A stretch of DNA of 64,000 nucleotides from positions 61,318,001 through 61,382,000 of the forward strand of contig OX597817.1 of assembly GCA_951406725.2 (NCBI GenBank). The letters are read 5' to 3'. The first letter of the stretch is position 1; each line of letters starts with the position of its first letter. The notes under the pieces were generated by a model. The model saw only the letters and a program-made list of their open reading frames with translations, made no database searches and was not told where the DNA came from. Positions 12,470-28,227 of the stretch are shown piece after piece. The position numbers and the translations under genes are program-made. Source of the stretch: Octopus vulgaris (Eukaryota).

Positions 12470-13990
12470 AAATATCGGATATAACCTTCACTGCCTCAGA
12501 CATCATAGCAGCAATAAATAAGATCAAATACTATTTTGCTGTAGGCCTTGATAGATTCTCCGTTAGTCTCCTGAAGGAATGTAGACACCAACTTGCAGTC
12601 CATCTGATCAACCTCTGGGTAAATTCTTTAGACTCAGGTTATATACCGAAACATCTCTTATCCCAGTCTGTTATCCCGGTTTTCAAACAGGGAAACAGAT
12701 CCCTCGCAGTCTACTATCACCCAATCTCACAAACCTCGCATATCATCAAAGTGTTTGAAAGGGTGATGAAATCAAAGAAAGCTGGTTTCCTGGACAGCCA
12801 CAATCTCCTAAATTCAAACCAGCATGGCTTTCGCTGCTGGAGAGACTGTCTAACACAGCTCTTACACGACATCGATGATATCCTTAAGGCCTTGGGATCA
12901 GGTTTGAACTCTGATGTCATATATCTTGACTTCAGTAAAACATTCGACAGAGTTGACCATAATATCCTACTGTCAAAGTTGTCAAATGTTGGAATCCGTG
13001 GAAACTTCTACACTGGATTGAGTATTTCCCGGAGAACAGAACACATGTTGTGATCGGTAGAATCCACTCAAGCCCAGGAAAAATCACCAGTGGTGTCCCT
13101 CAGGGAACTGTCTTGGGCCTGCTTCTCTTTATAATCTATATAAACGACCTTGCCAGCGTCATAAAACACAACAAAGTCAAAAATATTCACTGATGACTCA
13201 AAGCTCCAGAAAATTATCAATGAAGAAGAAGACCGAAATGAACTCCAGTCTGATTTACATACTGTGAGTCAAAGGTCAGACAAAAACAAATCAGGAGTGA
13301 TTGTTGACAACAATCTCAGCTAGAGTGCCCACATCAACAAGCTCCTGCATCCTGAGAACCTTCCAGTTCAGAGAACAAGGTGTTATCATTCCTCTTTTCT
13401 TCTCCTTTGTACGGCCACACCTCGAATACTGCTGTCCCCTGTGGTCTTCCCATACAAAACAAAACATTTTGAAAATAGAGTCACCCCAGAGGGTATTCAC
13501 TAAAAGAATTAAGAGCATGACTGATCTCGATTATTCTCTCCAGCGCCGCTGTGAGCGATACATCCTTTGCACGATGTGGAGAATATACAACCAGTATTGC
13601 CCAAACGACCTCAACATTAGCTCCAAAATTCATCCAATGCTAGGACCTCGGGCCATACGTCCCCTACCCAATTCAGGATCACAACACATAAATACACTGC
13701 AGAACAATTTCTTTTCCTCAGCAAGCTTTGCTCTAATTAGCATTGTCCCGAAACAGATCAAAGAGGTAAAGAATCCCATCACCTTTAAACGGAATCTGGA
13801 CAAATTTCTTCAAGGAACACCAGAAAAGCCACCCATACCTGGATACAACTCACTCGGCAAGAGCTACCTACTGGAATGGACCATGATACCACAAAACTTG
13901 ACTTTAAAAGGATTTAGTTAATCCTATCAGTTGGTACTATTAAGTCAGACATGGCCTGGCCCAATCTTTGGTCGAAATATATCTGAATTA
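12470..13990 (+). mobile_element. CR1-clade LINE ORF2 (reverse transcriptase) pseudogene, 5'-truncated
   Basis: NQHGFR..CLTQLL, DVIYLDFSKTFDRVDH, SGVPQGTVLG.LLFIIYINDL, FTDD, FVRPHLEYCCPLWS; frameshifted. Confidence 0.93.
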
Positions 13991-13997
13991 TCTAACT

Positions 13998-14035
<38 letters not shown>

Positions 14036-14079
14036 CGTCTGTGTGTGCGTGTGTGTGTGTGCGTGTGTATGTATATATG

Positions 14080-14193
<114 letters not shown>

Positions 14194-14234
14194 ACATATG
14201 TATACATATATACATACATATACATACACACATG

Positions 14235-14269
<35 letters not shown>

Positions 14270-14394
14270 TGATTATAGTTTCTGATATTGTTTATTATAC
14301 TTTGGTCATAGCTAAATCGCAGCGAGGCAATCATTTTGCTAAGAATTAAGTAAAGTTTTTAAATACTTGAAATTAATTCGAATAACGACATATT

Positions 14395-14515
14395 ATTATC
14401 ATATTATATCATATTATATTATATCAAATTATATTACATTATATTATATTATATTATATTATATTATATTATATTATATTATATTATATTATATTATATC
14501 ATATTACATTATATT
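14395..14515. repeat. (ATATT)n pentanucleotide repeat
   Basis: Directly visible. Confidence 0.9.
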
Positions 14516-15276
14516 ATGTTTGGTGTGGGTATATGTCACTTTATATTCCACTTCTGCATTCATCGCCAGGGATACTGCTCTCAATAGCCCGAATCCCCTT
14601 TCAATATACTACCTCCACCAGCACCAGCACCAACAACAACAACAACAACTCATACTTCATCTAAAACACCACCCATCTCTCCACAATGTAATGCATCATT
14701 TTCTGAAGGTAACGTTTTACATGTTATTATTTTAAGAGAAAAGATAGGAAGATAAATCTAGCGAACAACATTTTTCTGACTCTTGATTCCCTCTTGTACA
14801 TGTTTCACTTCACCTATGTCGTTAACACCCTTGAGACATGCGCGAACCCGTGAACATCCCATCTAATTTGTTTTCCTAATGAATCTGTGGTCTTGCGCCT
14901 GGTTGTTGATGAAACAGTTATTTTAAGTGCCGAGGCAGGAGCATCAACGATGATGAATGTATTCGGGTAGGAATGGAGGGAGACTTTCAGGTTTCCAGAA
15001 AATATGTTGTAACAACAATTTTGTGCAAACCTCCAGACACCAAAGATCACTGTAGAACCTCGCAGATAAAATCAGAAGCGTATAGCAGAACCGGTAAACA
15101 TTGGCGTCAGGTCTACCTGAGGAGTTTCAAGAAAATAGCATAGGATTTATATTGTGTATAGGAAAATATGCACGCCGTCACACACAACAGCCACACAAGC
15201 GCACGCCTGCACACACACGCACACACACACACAAATACATACACATGCATTCCCACACACTCATTTTTATATAGAT

Positions 15277-15330
<54 letters not shown>

Positions 15331-15507
15331 GTATTAATGTTTTTATGTCGAGTTAAAATATCAGAACAATTTAACATTAGACTGAAGAATAATTTCTTTG
15401 CACAGATGCACAGAGTACGTATTTATTAAACTTTTACAAGAATCTTGAAAGTGTATTCGATGATTCACGAAGCTAGCTTCTATAGATACATACATACATA
15501 CATACAT

Positions 15508-15695
<188 letters not shown>

Positions 15696-15706
15696 TGTGT
15701 GTGTAT

Positions 15707-15768
<62 letters not shown>

Positions 15769-16384
15769 CATGTATGTGTGTGTACATTATATATTTACAT
15801 AAATATACATATATATATATATGCATATGTACATATACATATATATATATATGTATGTGTGTGAGTGAATAAGTGAATCCATGTATGTAAATATATACGT
15901 ACACTCGCACGCACACACACACACACACACACACAAATAATTCAGAGTTGAAGAAGCTAATATTGATAGCTTTATCAATTGTAGCAAAGGATTAAAGCTT
16001 CCCCATCAAAGAACAGCAAAACCATCCAATAAAATCACATATGTAGATTAAAGAGAGAAATATTTAACCTCATTTTCGTAGAGAATATCTCTATAGGTAT
16101 GAGAGAGGTGGCACTTCTATACACTAAATGTTTCAATAGCAACGTGAAATACTAACTGGCAAGCGTCGTGGGGACACATACATCGGAAATTGCCACGGAG
16201 ATTCATAGGGAAGCCATATCCTGGATATGTTAATTCTACACAACAGGGAAATTAAAGCTAATCTCCCAGATATCGTTGTTTGTCTGCCCTCTCACTTGGT
16301 GTGAGGACAGACAGACAAACTGGCAGACAGAGAGACAGGTAGACAAGAGAGTCAGACAGGCAGACAGACAGACAGACACATAGG

Positions 16385-16545
<161 letters not shown>

Positions 16546-16859
16546 GGATGGATGGACATATGAGATGTACGTATGCATAATAAACTGTCGATATATACAA
16601 CGAAAACAACTACACACACTTTGCCCTTACTCATGGATGATTCCAACCCCAAACACATCACCTCCTTGTTTACAATTGTATCCGTGCACCAGACAATAAC
16701 ACAACAAGCGATAATAATCTTGCACGAATGCACTTATTAACATTCCTCGCCATCAATACTTATCAGAAGATCACACACAGAGAAAAGATGACAGTCACGG
16801 GAAGATCATTAATCGATTTACAGTTGTATTTTGAAACACTGAAAAATCAATCAATGTGT

Positions 16860-17900
16860 TATAAATGTCAGTTGTGTTTTACTGCCTGAATCACTCTTGC
16901 TAAATACAATAATATATCTTAAAACACGGTTTCGCATAAAGAAATGCTAATTCTATCCCGGCAGCGATGGGCAGACTCGATTTTGCTAAAATGTGTGTGC
17001 TCATGGGCCAATGTATTTTAGACTGCATACAATATGGTCGACATCGAAATAGTGAACTGTTGCACTCAAAAAATATGAAAGCCCATCAATTAGAATCGAA
17101 AGAAGAGTCTTCGAATTACTTAAGACCTAAAGTTTACAGCTGAAACAAACTTATATGTAGAGAATTTTCGAGATATAAACTTGAATCTGAAAACCAAAAT
17201 TCTCTTTTTAAGAAACCAAATGCGAAGTTACAATACTTAATCAAAACTTCAGATCACCCTTCTGTTATAATCGATAATTCGATAGGAAATATTGGTGCAA
17301 TGCTCTACAGTACATCTCATAAATTGAACTTAAATAGAATAACTTTTTTTTCCTCTTCTCTCGGTTACGACATCAACGATTCCAGTCGATCCAACCAACC
17401 GAACAGTTAGCTCATGGAATTAAGTACTGAGTGGCTGAGTACTCCACAGATAGGCATACCCTTAACATAGGGAGATTCTGCATAACACAGAATTCGACAA
17501 GGCGGGCTCTTTGAATTACAGGTACAACTCATTTTTACTAGCTGAGAAGACGAAATAAAAAGTCTTGCACAAGGATACATAAGCCGCCGGGAATCGAACT
17601 CCCGCGAGCCGAGTACCCTAACCACCAAGCCACGCGCCTTCACAGATTTTTATTACAATGAAGCATTAAAACGCAGCTTATTTAAAGGTAATCATAATTT
17701 TATATATTTTTTAGGTTAATTTTATATGAATATCAATTGTTATGCGCATAAATACGTATAAATCTACCGTGTCAATTGCCAAATATTTTATTCCATTATT
17801 AGATTATGTCTCTCTGAAGACTTATAAATATAAATCATTTTAATAAAAATATTAAGATTAGCTTCACCATTACACATAATTTTGCAGCAAAAATAACGCA
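16860..17900 (+). mobile_element. Penelope-like element (Naiad/Nematis-type) decayed RT region, interrupted by a SINE
   Basis: AMGRLDFAKMCVLMG (cf. TMGSFDGAEVCELVG), ETNL..NFRDINLNL, KPN..LQY...SDHP, YNEAL, FNKN.KIS. Confidence 0.75.
17350..17643 (-). mobile_element. SINE family C (GTGAAGGCGCGTGGC head) nested in the Penelope fragment
   Basis: Minus strand TGGCTTGGTGG A box and GAGTTCGATTCC B box, followed by CCTTGTGCAAGAC; related head at 33680. Confidence 0.85.
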
Positions 17901-18221
17901 TATCAAATATTTAAGCAGTATTTAATTCGCGAGACTTATCGTAAATTGTCTAATGAATGATTTGTACCGATCGAGATCGATAGTTTATAATGAAAAAGTA
18001 TTACAGCTAATTGCAATTATTCCAAGGATGCAAACCACGGCAATAGATTTGCATTGTTTTAAAAATACTATAAACTCATTTACCGACCTTAATTCTCTAA
18101 AAGGATAACAGAGTGAGAGTCAAAGCGACATTCCTGATTTCAACAGTCATTAGCCCATGGTCCTTCGGAACTCTGACACTTGGATCGACTCTTCAACGTT
18201 TTATCGTATTAATTTATTTAT

Positions 18222-18310
18222 ATTTAATATATTTAATATATTTAATATATTTAATATATTTTAATATTTAATATATTTAATATATTTAATATATTTTATA
18301 TTTAATTTAT
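18222..18310. repeat. (TTTAATATA)n 9-bp tandem repeat
   Basis: Directly visible, imperfect. Confidence 0.85.
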
Positions 18311-18419
18311 TTCTCTCTCTATTTCGCCGAATTACACTCTTTGCACATTCTCTATTTGCCGAACTTCTGATATTACACAAGCATACCTATGGTTATATAC
18401 ATACATATACATACATACA

Positions 18420-18455
<36 letters not shown>

Positions 18456-19236
18456 TATATGTTTACTAAAATACATATAGATATACATACATATATATAC
18501 TAATATATATAATATTTATATAATATATATATAATATATAATATATATATGCACACACACGCATATATATATACACACACATTCATACATGCATAAATAT
18601 GTATATATACATATATTTATACTTATATACAGGCGCGTATACACACCTACACGCACACATTCACTCACCAACACAGTGTAGACCTTGCTGCAGTTGCCGT
18701 CCATCAAATTTCTCTCACAAAACATAGATCGGTTCGAAGTTTATAAGACACGTCCAAAGAGTTACGCATAGGAACTGAACTCAAAACTCTGTGTAGTCAT
18801 TCAACCTGCTAAAAATAGTAGGCTAATATCCCGCACATTACACCCTACATTTCTTCATAAAAAGGACACGTTAGATCATCTCATTAATAAATATACTAAA
18901 AATATATATTCAGTGACCCCAGCTAGATCGCCATTACTTATAATCCTACTTGATGAAAGCTGAGTCTAGGTTAACCAAGAAACTCCTGTAGAAAATGTAA
19001 CAAATGACATAAACAGCGGCTTAATTTTAAAGCTGAAATACCAATCAATGTCAGCGAAAATTCAAAGTACATGGTAAGTGAATCAAAAGATATTGCAATA
19101 CACTTCCTCAAAGAACTTATATAAACACACATTTACAGATAATATTCCCAGAAGAGCTGGTACATTTTTCTCAGGAATTACCCTAAATATAGGCTTGAAT
19201 TATGATGCATGAATATATAACGAATATAATAAGTAT

Positions 19237-19287
<51 letters not shown>

Positions 19288-19379
19288 TACATACATACAT
19301 ACAGACAGGTAGTATATAGGCATACATATACACGAATATGTACATACATACATTATATATATATATATATATCACAAGT

Positions 19380-19810
19380 ACCAACACTAAGTTAGTTATA
19401 GTTGCCTCCCCAATATAGGGTCAATAATACTCAGCCACTATAAAACAAACACCACAAATACTCCCGATAAAGAATGTAGCTCGCAAAATCGCAATCCTGT
19501 AAATAACAACTGTCTGGAAAAAGAACTTATATACAAGGCCAAATTCATGGTCCCCATGGAGTAACAAAGACGTTTATCGAAATGATGGGCAACTCGTTCA
19601 AGGAAAGGCACACACAACTTCTGACGTCATTCAGGAACAAAAATAAGACATGCATCATCGCTATCCAATATGGTATGGACATTGAAAGAAGGAGGATCAA
19701 GTAAACTCCAGATAAAATGGAACATCGTTGCTAAAACCCGAAAATACAGAGGACGGGGTATGAAACGTGAATTCTGTATCACTGAAAAATCAGATATCTG
19801 TCAACCGTCA
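19380..19810 (+). mobile_element. Penelope-like element linker and GIY-YIG endonuclease fragment
   Basis: SYSCLPNIGSII, NNCLEKELIYKA, GNSFKER...TSFRN, LSNMVWTLK..IKWNIV..FCITEK. Confidence 0.85.
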
Positions 19811-20374
19811 ACAGAGAACATCCTAAATATTAGGGAAACCTTTCCTCCTGCATACACAAGCACTATTTCATACTTAGACACTTCAAACCTGAACCACCAC
19901 CCACGCCGCTAACTCCACCAGGATAGCTTCTTTCCCTGAATGTGTAAATTGAATATATGCAACACATTAACCCCACACATAGAAGAAATATGTCCCTGTG
20001 AAGACCTAAATCAGCACACAAACATACAAACATCACATATAGCCAGAATATAATAAGAGATAATGCAAACAAGTTTACCGTCCAACATGACTGTTTTCCC
20101 AAAAGTCAAATCAAATGGAGATAATCACTCAAAAGATGTCATCCAAGAATAGCACCCCTTGATTTATTGTTTTCTTTACGAGACCTTCTTTGAATTCTCG
20201 AGGCTTTGTGTTTTCATTAAAAATAGAGACGAACATTATTCCTCCGTGTAATACTTGAAAAATTGTTAAGATACTTTTCTTAAAAAGAAACCAATGGTAC
20301 TATTAATTCACAATTACAGAAATTCTATCCACCAACGCAGTGTTGAGCACTCATTCTCGTCGCTCGACACATAT

Positions 20375-20474
<100 letters not shown>

Positions 20475-20600
20475 CCAAAGTGTACGTACGCCGCTATATC
20501 GTCTATCTGGATGTTTTGTTGTCCCTTTTTTGTATCACCTAACTGTCTGGATGCTTTGCGTTCTTGTCCCATTTTGTATTATATATATATATATATATAT

Positions 20601-20970
20601 AGGCGCATGTTTAGCTGAAAGAGAGAAGCTCGCTTTTCAAACACCGTGGCTTGGGGTTCAGTCCCATCATGCGTAATCTTGAGCAAGCATCTTCCTCGGG
20701 CCCACCAATGATTTGCGAGTGAGCTTGGTAGACGGAAACTGTGTGCAATCCCGTCGTATATGTGTATGTATTCTTCCATGTTTGCCTGTGTTTGTTTCTA
20801 ACCAACCCATGTCAACTGGGGATAACTTGTTTTCGTCCCCGTAAATTTTGCGGTTCGACCAGAGCATCCGATAGAATAAATACCCAACCTTAAACTTTAT
20901 TCTAAAAACCCACAATGCACCATTCCAGTATGGCTGCAATCCTTGACTTAAACAAGCTAAAAGGTAAAAA
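20601..20970 (+). mobile_element. SINE family A, degenerate
   Basis: GGGGTTCAGTCCC, GGTAGACGGAAACTG, GCGGTTCG..CCGATAGAATAA, CCAGTATGGCTGCA tail. Confidence 0.82.
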
Positions 20971-21514
20971 TTAAAGACATTTATGTAAAGGTATATTCAT
21001 CACCACTGATACAGCTGCTATATATTCGTCTTCTGGCTATTGTTCATGATGATGATGATGATGATGACGATGACGATGGTGGTGGTGATTATGATGTTTA
21101 TGACACAGTCGTCGTCGTCATCGCATCACCAGATCGACGTGTTGGTGGCTAGTAAGTAGCAATCTGGAATAAGATGTCATGAAATGGAGGAGTAACATGT
21201 AAAAATAATTACAACACCGAAAAGAAAGAGACAGAGAGAGCGAAAGAGAGAAAAGAGCAAGAACTAACAGAGATACAAAAGGAAAGTAGGAGAAAAGCAA
21301 GGAATAATGAAAGTAAATAGAGAAGTGTTGAGCGCCATGGGGGGTCTTTGGTTGTGAAAATAAAGAGAAATAACTTAAATGGTGCGGAAATGAAAATAAT
21401 GAAATTTTACGTGTTGTACAGATTGAAGGTAACCAGGGTGTGTGTTTCGCTGTTCTCTGGCTATTTGTTTTACTATATTCGTACGTTGATGTACGCGTGG
21501 TTATGTCTGTCTCC

Positions 21515-21798
<284 letters not shown>

Positions 21799-21945
21799 AA
21801 TTACGTATGTATGTGTATAAATACATGTATACATAGAAAGAGAGAGAGAGCGAGAGAGCGAGAGAGAGAGATGAGTAGATATGTACATATATGCGTGTAT
21901 GAATATGAATGTATTTATATACATATATAAATAAATGTATGTAAG

Positions 21946-21985
<40 letters not shown>

Positions 21986-22071
21986 GTCCTATAGCAAATA
22001 AATGACTTTGTTTTCATTTCTATCACTATGATCCTCCTCGTCACTGCTTCGATCCTATAGAACAATACTAA

Positions 22072-22460
22072 GAGATTTCTTATTGGTGACCAAGGCCGAA
22101 AGCATTGGGGGTAATGGAGTAAGAGAGTGGGGGGTTCACATAAAATCAAATGAAAACAAAAACTATAAAGATAAAAACAAAGTCTAAAGAAATGAGCAAC
22201 CCCAACAGAAAGGAAACACCACATGGGAGCAACGAAGGAGCTCCGCCTATCCTGAGTCTTCCTGATCTCCAGGAGAATTATTTCAAGTGCTTCTTCCTTT
22301 TCCATGCTTTCCATTCTACAGGCACGCTGCTTTGAGGAAAATACACTTGCCATTTTCAAGAATCGCAACATCCCTATAATCATTTTTCTATTTTCATTTT
22401 CTAGTCTGAAGGTCACTGTCCTGAAGAGACTCTGCTGAAGGGTCCAAGGTGCCTGGTGGT
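22072..22460 (-). mobile_element. LINE 3' end (probable Tx1/L1-like)
   Basis: Minus strand ends CCCCAATGCTTTCGGCCTTGGTCACCAATAAGAAA, related to the other GGCCCTTGTGGC...AATAAAGAAA tails; short C-terminal coding remnant. Confidence 0.5.
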
Positions 22461-22489
22461 TGTGTTAAACAAGGCGGAGGTTTATACAT

Positions 22490-22698
22490 CATTTACTTGT
22501 TTCAGTCATTGGAATGCGGCCATGCTGGGGTACCGCCCTGAAGAATTTTAGTCACAAGAATCGACCTCATTGTTTATCGTTTTTAAACCTGGGACTGATT
22601 ATATCAGTGTATTTTGCAGAATCGCTCAGTTACGGGGACGTAAACGCACCAACACCGGTTATGAAGTGGTAAAGGGAGGGACAAACACAGACACAGAG

Positions 22699-22769
<71 letters not shown>

Positions 22770-22925
22770 CGACAGGCTTCTTTCAAATTCCGCCTACCAA
22801 ATCCACTCACAAGGCTTTGGTCGGTCCAAATCTATAATAAGAAACCTGCCCAAGGTGCTACGTAATGGGACTGAACCCAGAACCATGTGGTTGGGAAGCA
22901 AACCTTTAACCACACAGTCACATAT
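22490..22925 (-). mobile_element. SINE family A, near full length
   Basis: Colinear with 3195-3575, with an expanded internal (CA)n(TA)n. Confidence 0.92.
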
Positions 22926-23406
22926 ATATACATACATACATACATACATATATATATATATATGACACTGGACACACACACACACTACTACTCAACACAC
23001 GCTGGCACGCTACATACGCCCCCACCCCTTCCCCTCCCTCCCTCCTCCTTCCTCCCTTTTCTTACTACTGACCTTTGTCTGCTATGCTGCTGCTATGCTG
23101 ACCACCGTCTCGCCCTACCTCACACGCCTACACACAGACGCACACACTAACACATACATATATTTTTTGTTTTTTTATCTCGCCTCACACACACACATAC
23201 ACACACGCACACGCACACACTCACACATACACACACATCTGTTGCGTTACCAACCTTGTCTCCACTCTTTTGCCTTTAAAAACCCACTTTGCTCTTGTTA
23301 TCGTAAACATCCGCCTTTCACCATGTGTAACTCCTAACACCAGTCGTTTTTTTCTCTATCTCCGTTGCCCGCTCTGGGATCTTTCTTTCCTCTCTCTTCC
23401 TTCTTT

Positions 23407-23444
23407 ATGTTTCCGACGAAGAGCTCCGCTCGAAACGTCATACC
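23407..23444 (+). ncRNA. Penelope-type minimal hammerhead ribozyme motif (core U4>C)
   Basis: C(C)GACGA-A-GAGC-TCC-GCTC-GAAAC-GTC: perfect stem II and the short GAAACGT stem III. Confidence 0.6.
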
Positions 23445-24419
23445 TCCCTGCTTCCATTTCCTGAGCGCCTATTAATAATAATACTGTAATTGTTCCATTG
23501 TTGTTGTTTTTTTGTTTCCCGTTTGGATTAAAATTATATATATATAATTCTTGATAAAGAACGTGATTTGTGGAATAGGTCTGCAAATCACGAGTGAGAA
23601 ACTTTATCACCAACACATGCAAAATCCAATGTTGCGTAGGGATATGTGAGTGGAATGGAACGATTTTAGGCCGCTCTCTTGGATAGTGATGGTTTGGCAC
23701 GATTACTGGATAGTCGTGCTGTTTTGGCGCTGGGGGCAAACACAGACGCACGCATACGCACGCACAAATATACACATAAATACAAAGTGTGAAAGGAGAA
23801 AAACAAAGAGGAGAGAGAGAGTGAGAAAGTGAGAGAGAGATTACAATTTATTAATTAAACACGATTGAAATAGGCACTTTTCCTCTCGTCATACACATAC
23901 AGAGAAATAAGAGAGAGAGAAGGGAAGGACGGGAAGAGGGAGAGAGGGAGAGAGAGAATGAATAGAATATTAAATCGTTTGATGTCAAATAAATCAGCAT
24001 CGAATCAGTGACACCAAAATCGTTGAACCACAGCGTTCCATATTCGTGTGTGAAATGTGAACAAATGAGAAATGAGTATCGAAACTGCTTTGCAGCTGAG
24101 ATTCCCCAGCAAACTTCTCCAACCTACTAAACACGTTAGTCGATATCAGCAAAGGTTGTGTTGCAAGTCATCACCAAAATACCTCATTAACATACATCTG
24201 TTAAAATCATTAGACGTGCGAAAGTGTAATTTCGTTTTGTTTTATTTTCCGTTCACTTTAATCTCCGCCTCCTCCACCCTCTTCTCTTCTCCTTTTTCTT
24301 CCTTTTTACTTTTCCTTCGTTTTCTTCATTCCTGTTTTGTTTTTCTCATTTTTTCTTCACTTTTCTCTTCTGATGTATTTCTGTTCTTTTTTATCTTTCT
24401 TCATGAATCTCTCATTTTT

Positions 24420-24855
<436 letters not shown>

Positions 24856-25150
24856 CCAAAATGGTGATGTTCTTGGTCCTCTCCTCCTCGTCTTCTCTTT
24901 TATTTCTTCTCAGTGTCTAATTCCATCTATCTATTTATTTACTTATTCATTCGTTTATTTCTTTTCTTTTGCTTCTGTCGTCTTCTATTTTCGTCTTAAT
25001 GTGTCTTGTTTTTCTTTTAAACATTCTTCCAGAACAATGTAACAAGCGAATAAGAAACCTTACACAGACCCCCCCACCACCACCATCTGCACACTCACCC
25101 AACACTTATCTGCGCACACACACACACTCACACACTTACAAACTCACACG

Positions 25151-25184
<34 letters not shown>

Positions 25185-25454
25185 CACACTCATATAAACA
25201 CACAAATACACATACTTAGAGAATATCTTCTCACATAAACATTTCCAGGCGAAATCGCGAACACTTTGACAAATGCACACACACGCGCACACACTCATCC
25301 CCCATGTATCTATCTATCTATCTCTATATGTGTGTGTGTGTGTTGTGTGTATACACGCGCACACGCACTCACATTCATACTAACATATAAATATATTCTC
25401 TAGGATATAGAATATCTTCACGCACAACTAAACCACGTATGTATAATGACAAAT

Positions 25455-25485
<31 letters not shown>

Positions 25486-25628
25486 CACACGCACGCATAC
25501 AAAAACACACACGTAAATACTTTCCAATACACATGCTTAAATATAGAATACATCAGAACGTAGAGAACTATAGCTGCACAAAATACGTATATATTGACGA
25601 CTCTATACATTCGCACCTGTACACCTAC

Positions 25629-25788
25629 GTATACAGCGAGATGTCGGTCGAGAGGCAAACAACCAACCAAAGCTCGAATATCCTGATTGACGAACAATAG
25701 TTCTTTCGCAGATTTTCAAAACCCTCGTGGGCAGGAGCAGAGCAGATGGCATTGCATGGCAGAACTGTTAGAAACAGCACCAAACTTA
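25629..25788 (-). other. Possible exon in unique sequence
   Basis: Acceptor TGTTATTTTATTTCAG (alternative TTTCTAACAG before 25764) and donor GTAGGT; open frames, but no recognisable homology. Confidence 0.2.
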
Positions 25789-26509
25789 CTGAAATAAAAT
25801 AACAGACATGAGAGAAATAGCAACCACATAATACACAAATCAAATGTTTTATCTTAAGTAAAAGAAAAACATGATAAATAACGTGGTCGGAGGGGTGGGG
25901 GCAAAATCTAATGGCATGACAGACCGTAGTTTTAATTGCTGGACTGGGTGGAGCGTTGTGTTATTAAGCAAAATACTTTATCTCACGTGGTTCGGTGATC
26001 ACTTCGATACCTGGCACATGGCACACCGTGGCACCTGTAGAGGCAACATCGATTTGATGGAGGTGGGGGTGAGCTATTATACAGCACATGCATTTGATCT
26101 CTATAAAGAAACCATTCTGCGCAGGTTGTTCAACAAGATGTTGCAGATGTCTTGGACTACAAGACACTAACCATCCACATATACAGTATGAAGGGACGCT
26201 TACGACCGGACATACCTTTGATCATAACTCTCCTCGGACATGACCGACCTTGGGTTGAACAACAGCAAAAACAGCAATAAAACAGAATGAAACAAAATTG
26301 TAAAGAGAGGTCACTTGTCAGAAATAGCAGCCAAATTTCATCAAATGTCACCTCGACATAGTAATAGAGAAAGGACATATTTGTTAATGTCTGACTTCCA
26401 TACAAAGATGGGGTGGTCACGACTAGAACGTATCACATGATTTAATCTGAGTTGACCTGGAGCAAAACGACAAGGAACTAAAAGAGAAAACAATAACAAA
26501 GGAAGTGTA

Positions 26510-28179
26510 GGCGGTAGTTGTTCACCTCTGTTCTTTATTGTAGCTTTCATTCCCACTTTCTGAAGTCCTACGTAAAATCAACTCGCACTATGATCTGAGA
26601 AAGAACGGACCTCACATCATCCACCTTCTCTTCATGGATGATTTAAAACTGTTCGCAAAAACAGAGCCTGAAATAGAGAGGCTGGTTCAGACTGCGGAAA
26701 TGTGCAGCAAGCATATAGGGATGGAATTCGGTATCTCAAAGTGTACGGTGCTTATTTCGAAGCGGGGGTGGGGAGGAGTAAATTGTAGAGGCATAGAATT
26801 GCCAAACGATGAGAGAATGGAAAACCCGAATGATGATGACTACAAGTACTTTGGGATCCTGGAGCTGAACGATATCTTGCACAAAGAAATGAGAGACGAG
26901 GTCATCACTGCATATGTCAAGCACTTCAAACTTCTCTTGAAATCAAAGCTCAGCTCAAAGAACCGTGTGACAACCATCAATATATGGGCGGTTGCTGTAG
27001 TCAACTATAGTACATCCAGCCTGAGATGGACACAAGCGGAGATTGACCAACTGGATCACACTACCTGAAAGACAATGATAATATATGATGCCCTCCACCC
27101 TAAGGCAAAGGTAGACAGGCTCTGCATGAAGAGCGGTAAAAATGGACGTGGGCTGATTAGTGTTAGGGAGTTCATCAAGAGTGAAAGAAGAAACATGGCA
27201 AAGTGTTTGGTAAACAGCAAACAAGATCTGCTATAGTATGCTGCTAGTGCAGAAGGAATTAACAAAAATGGACTTGAGAGTGCTCATGAATTCCGAAAAA
27301 GAACAGCCAGCGAGAGAGAAGAAACCCTACTCCGGACGGAATTACATGGTCAGTTCCACCGTGAAACCAACAAATTAAAAGACCAGGAAAAATCATGGAG
27401 GTGGTTCCACTAGGGTGACCTAAAAAAGGATATTGAAAGCCTAATCATCGTTGTCTAGGACCAGGAATTCAGCGAAAAAGAATATATACCACACCACACA
27501 AGTGCGTCGGACCTCTGCAGAATGTGTGGGAAGAGGGTCGAAAGTGTGACTCACATTGGTAGTGCTTGTGAAAGTCTTGTGCAGAAAGAGTACAAGCGCA
27601 GGCACGACGAGGTAGTCCAAAACCTCCACTGGCTACTATATCGTAAGTATGGCTATGAGGTTACGGGTGCTTGGTACCAACATACACTGGAAAAGATAAT
27701 GGACGAAAAGAGGAAGGCAAAAACTCTCTGGGACTTTGATTTCCAGACAAAGTGTGAGGGCACCGAAGGCCGGATATAGTAACCTTTAGGAGGGACAAAC
27801 AAAAGTGCCTAATAATCGACATAGCAGTGCCAGGAGATCAACATATCATGAAAGAAAAAGAAAAGGTTGATAAATATGGAGATCTGAGAATTGAGATTGC
27901 TAAGATGTGGCAGCTATGAGAGTCAAACATAAAAGTTATCCTTATTGTCGTTGGAGCATTGGTTTTAATATCACCTAATGTGGGAAAACATCTGAAAACC
28001 TTAGAGATACCCAACAATCTAGATGTATTGTAAAGTCGGCATTATTTGGAACTGCACGCATATTGTGTAAAGTACTGTCTGTCTGAAGTCCATGTTGTGA
28101 CTTGACAAACAATACAAACCCCCGGTAGACACGATATCTTCAATCAACAGCCTCACGATATTGTATACTGTACGACGTC

Positions 28180-28180
<1 letters not shown>
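26510..28180 (+). mobile_element. R4/Dong-type LINE (RT, CCHC, RLE) pseudogene ending in (TAA)n
   Basis: HLLFMDDLKLFAK, IGMEFGISKC, YKYFGILE, CRMCG..ESVTHI.SAC, RRHDEV, LWDF, RPDI, CLIIDIAVP, KEKVDKY, VVGALG. Confidence 0.95.

Positions 28181-28225
<45 letters not shown>

Positions 28226-28227
<2 letters not shown>

Noticed and set aside
14814-15143. Unique island with open frames on both strands
   Set aside because: No recognisable domain and no consistent splice or phase support.
25690-25750. In-frame TGA in a Cys-containing minus frame (CHLLCSCPRGF*KSAKE) as possible selenocysteine
   Set aside because: No SECIS identified and no selenoprotein similarity; most likely a plain stop.
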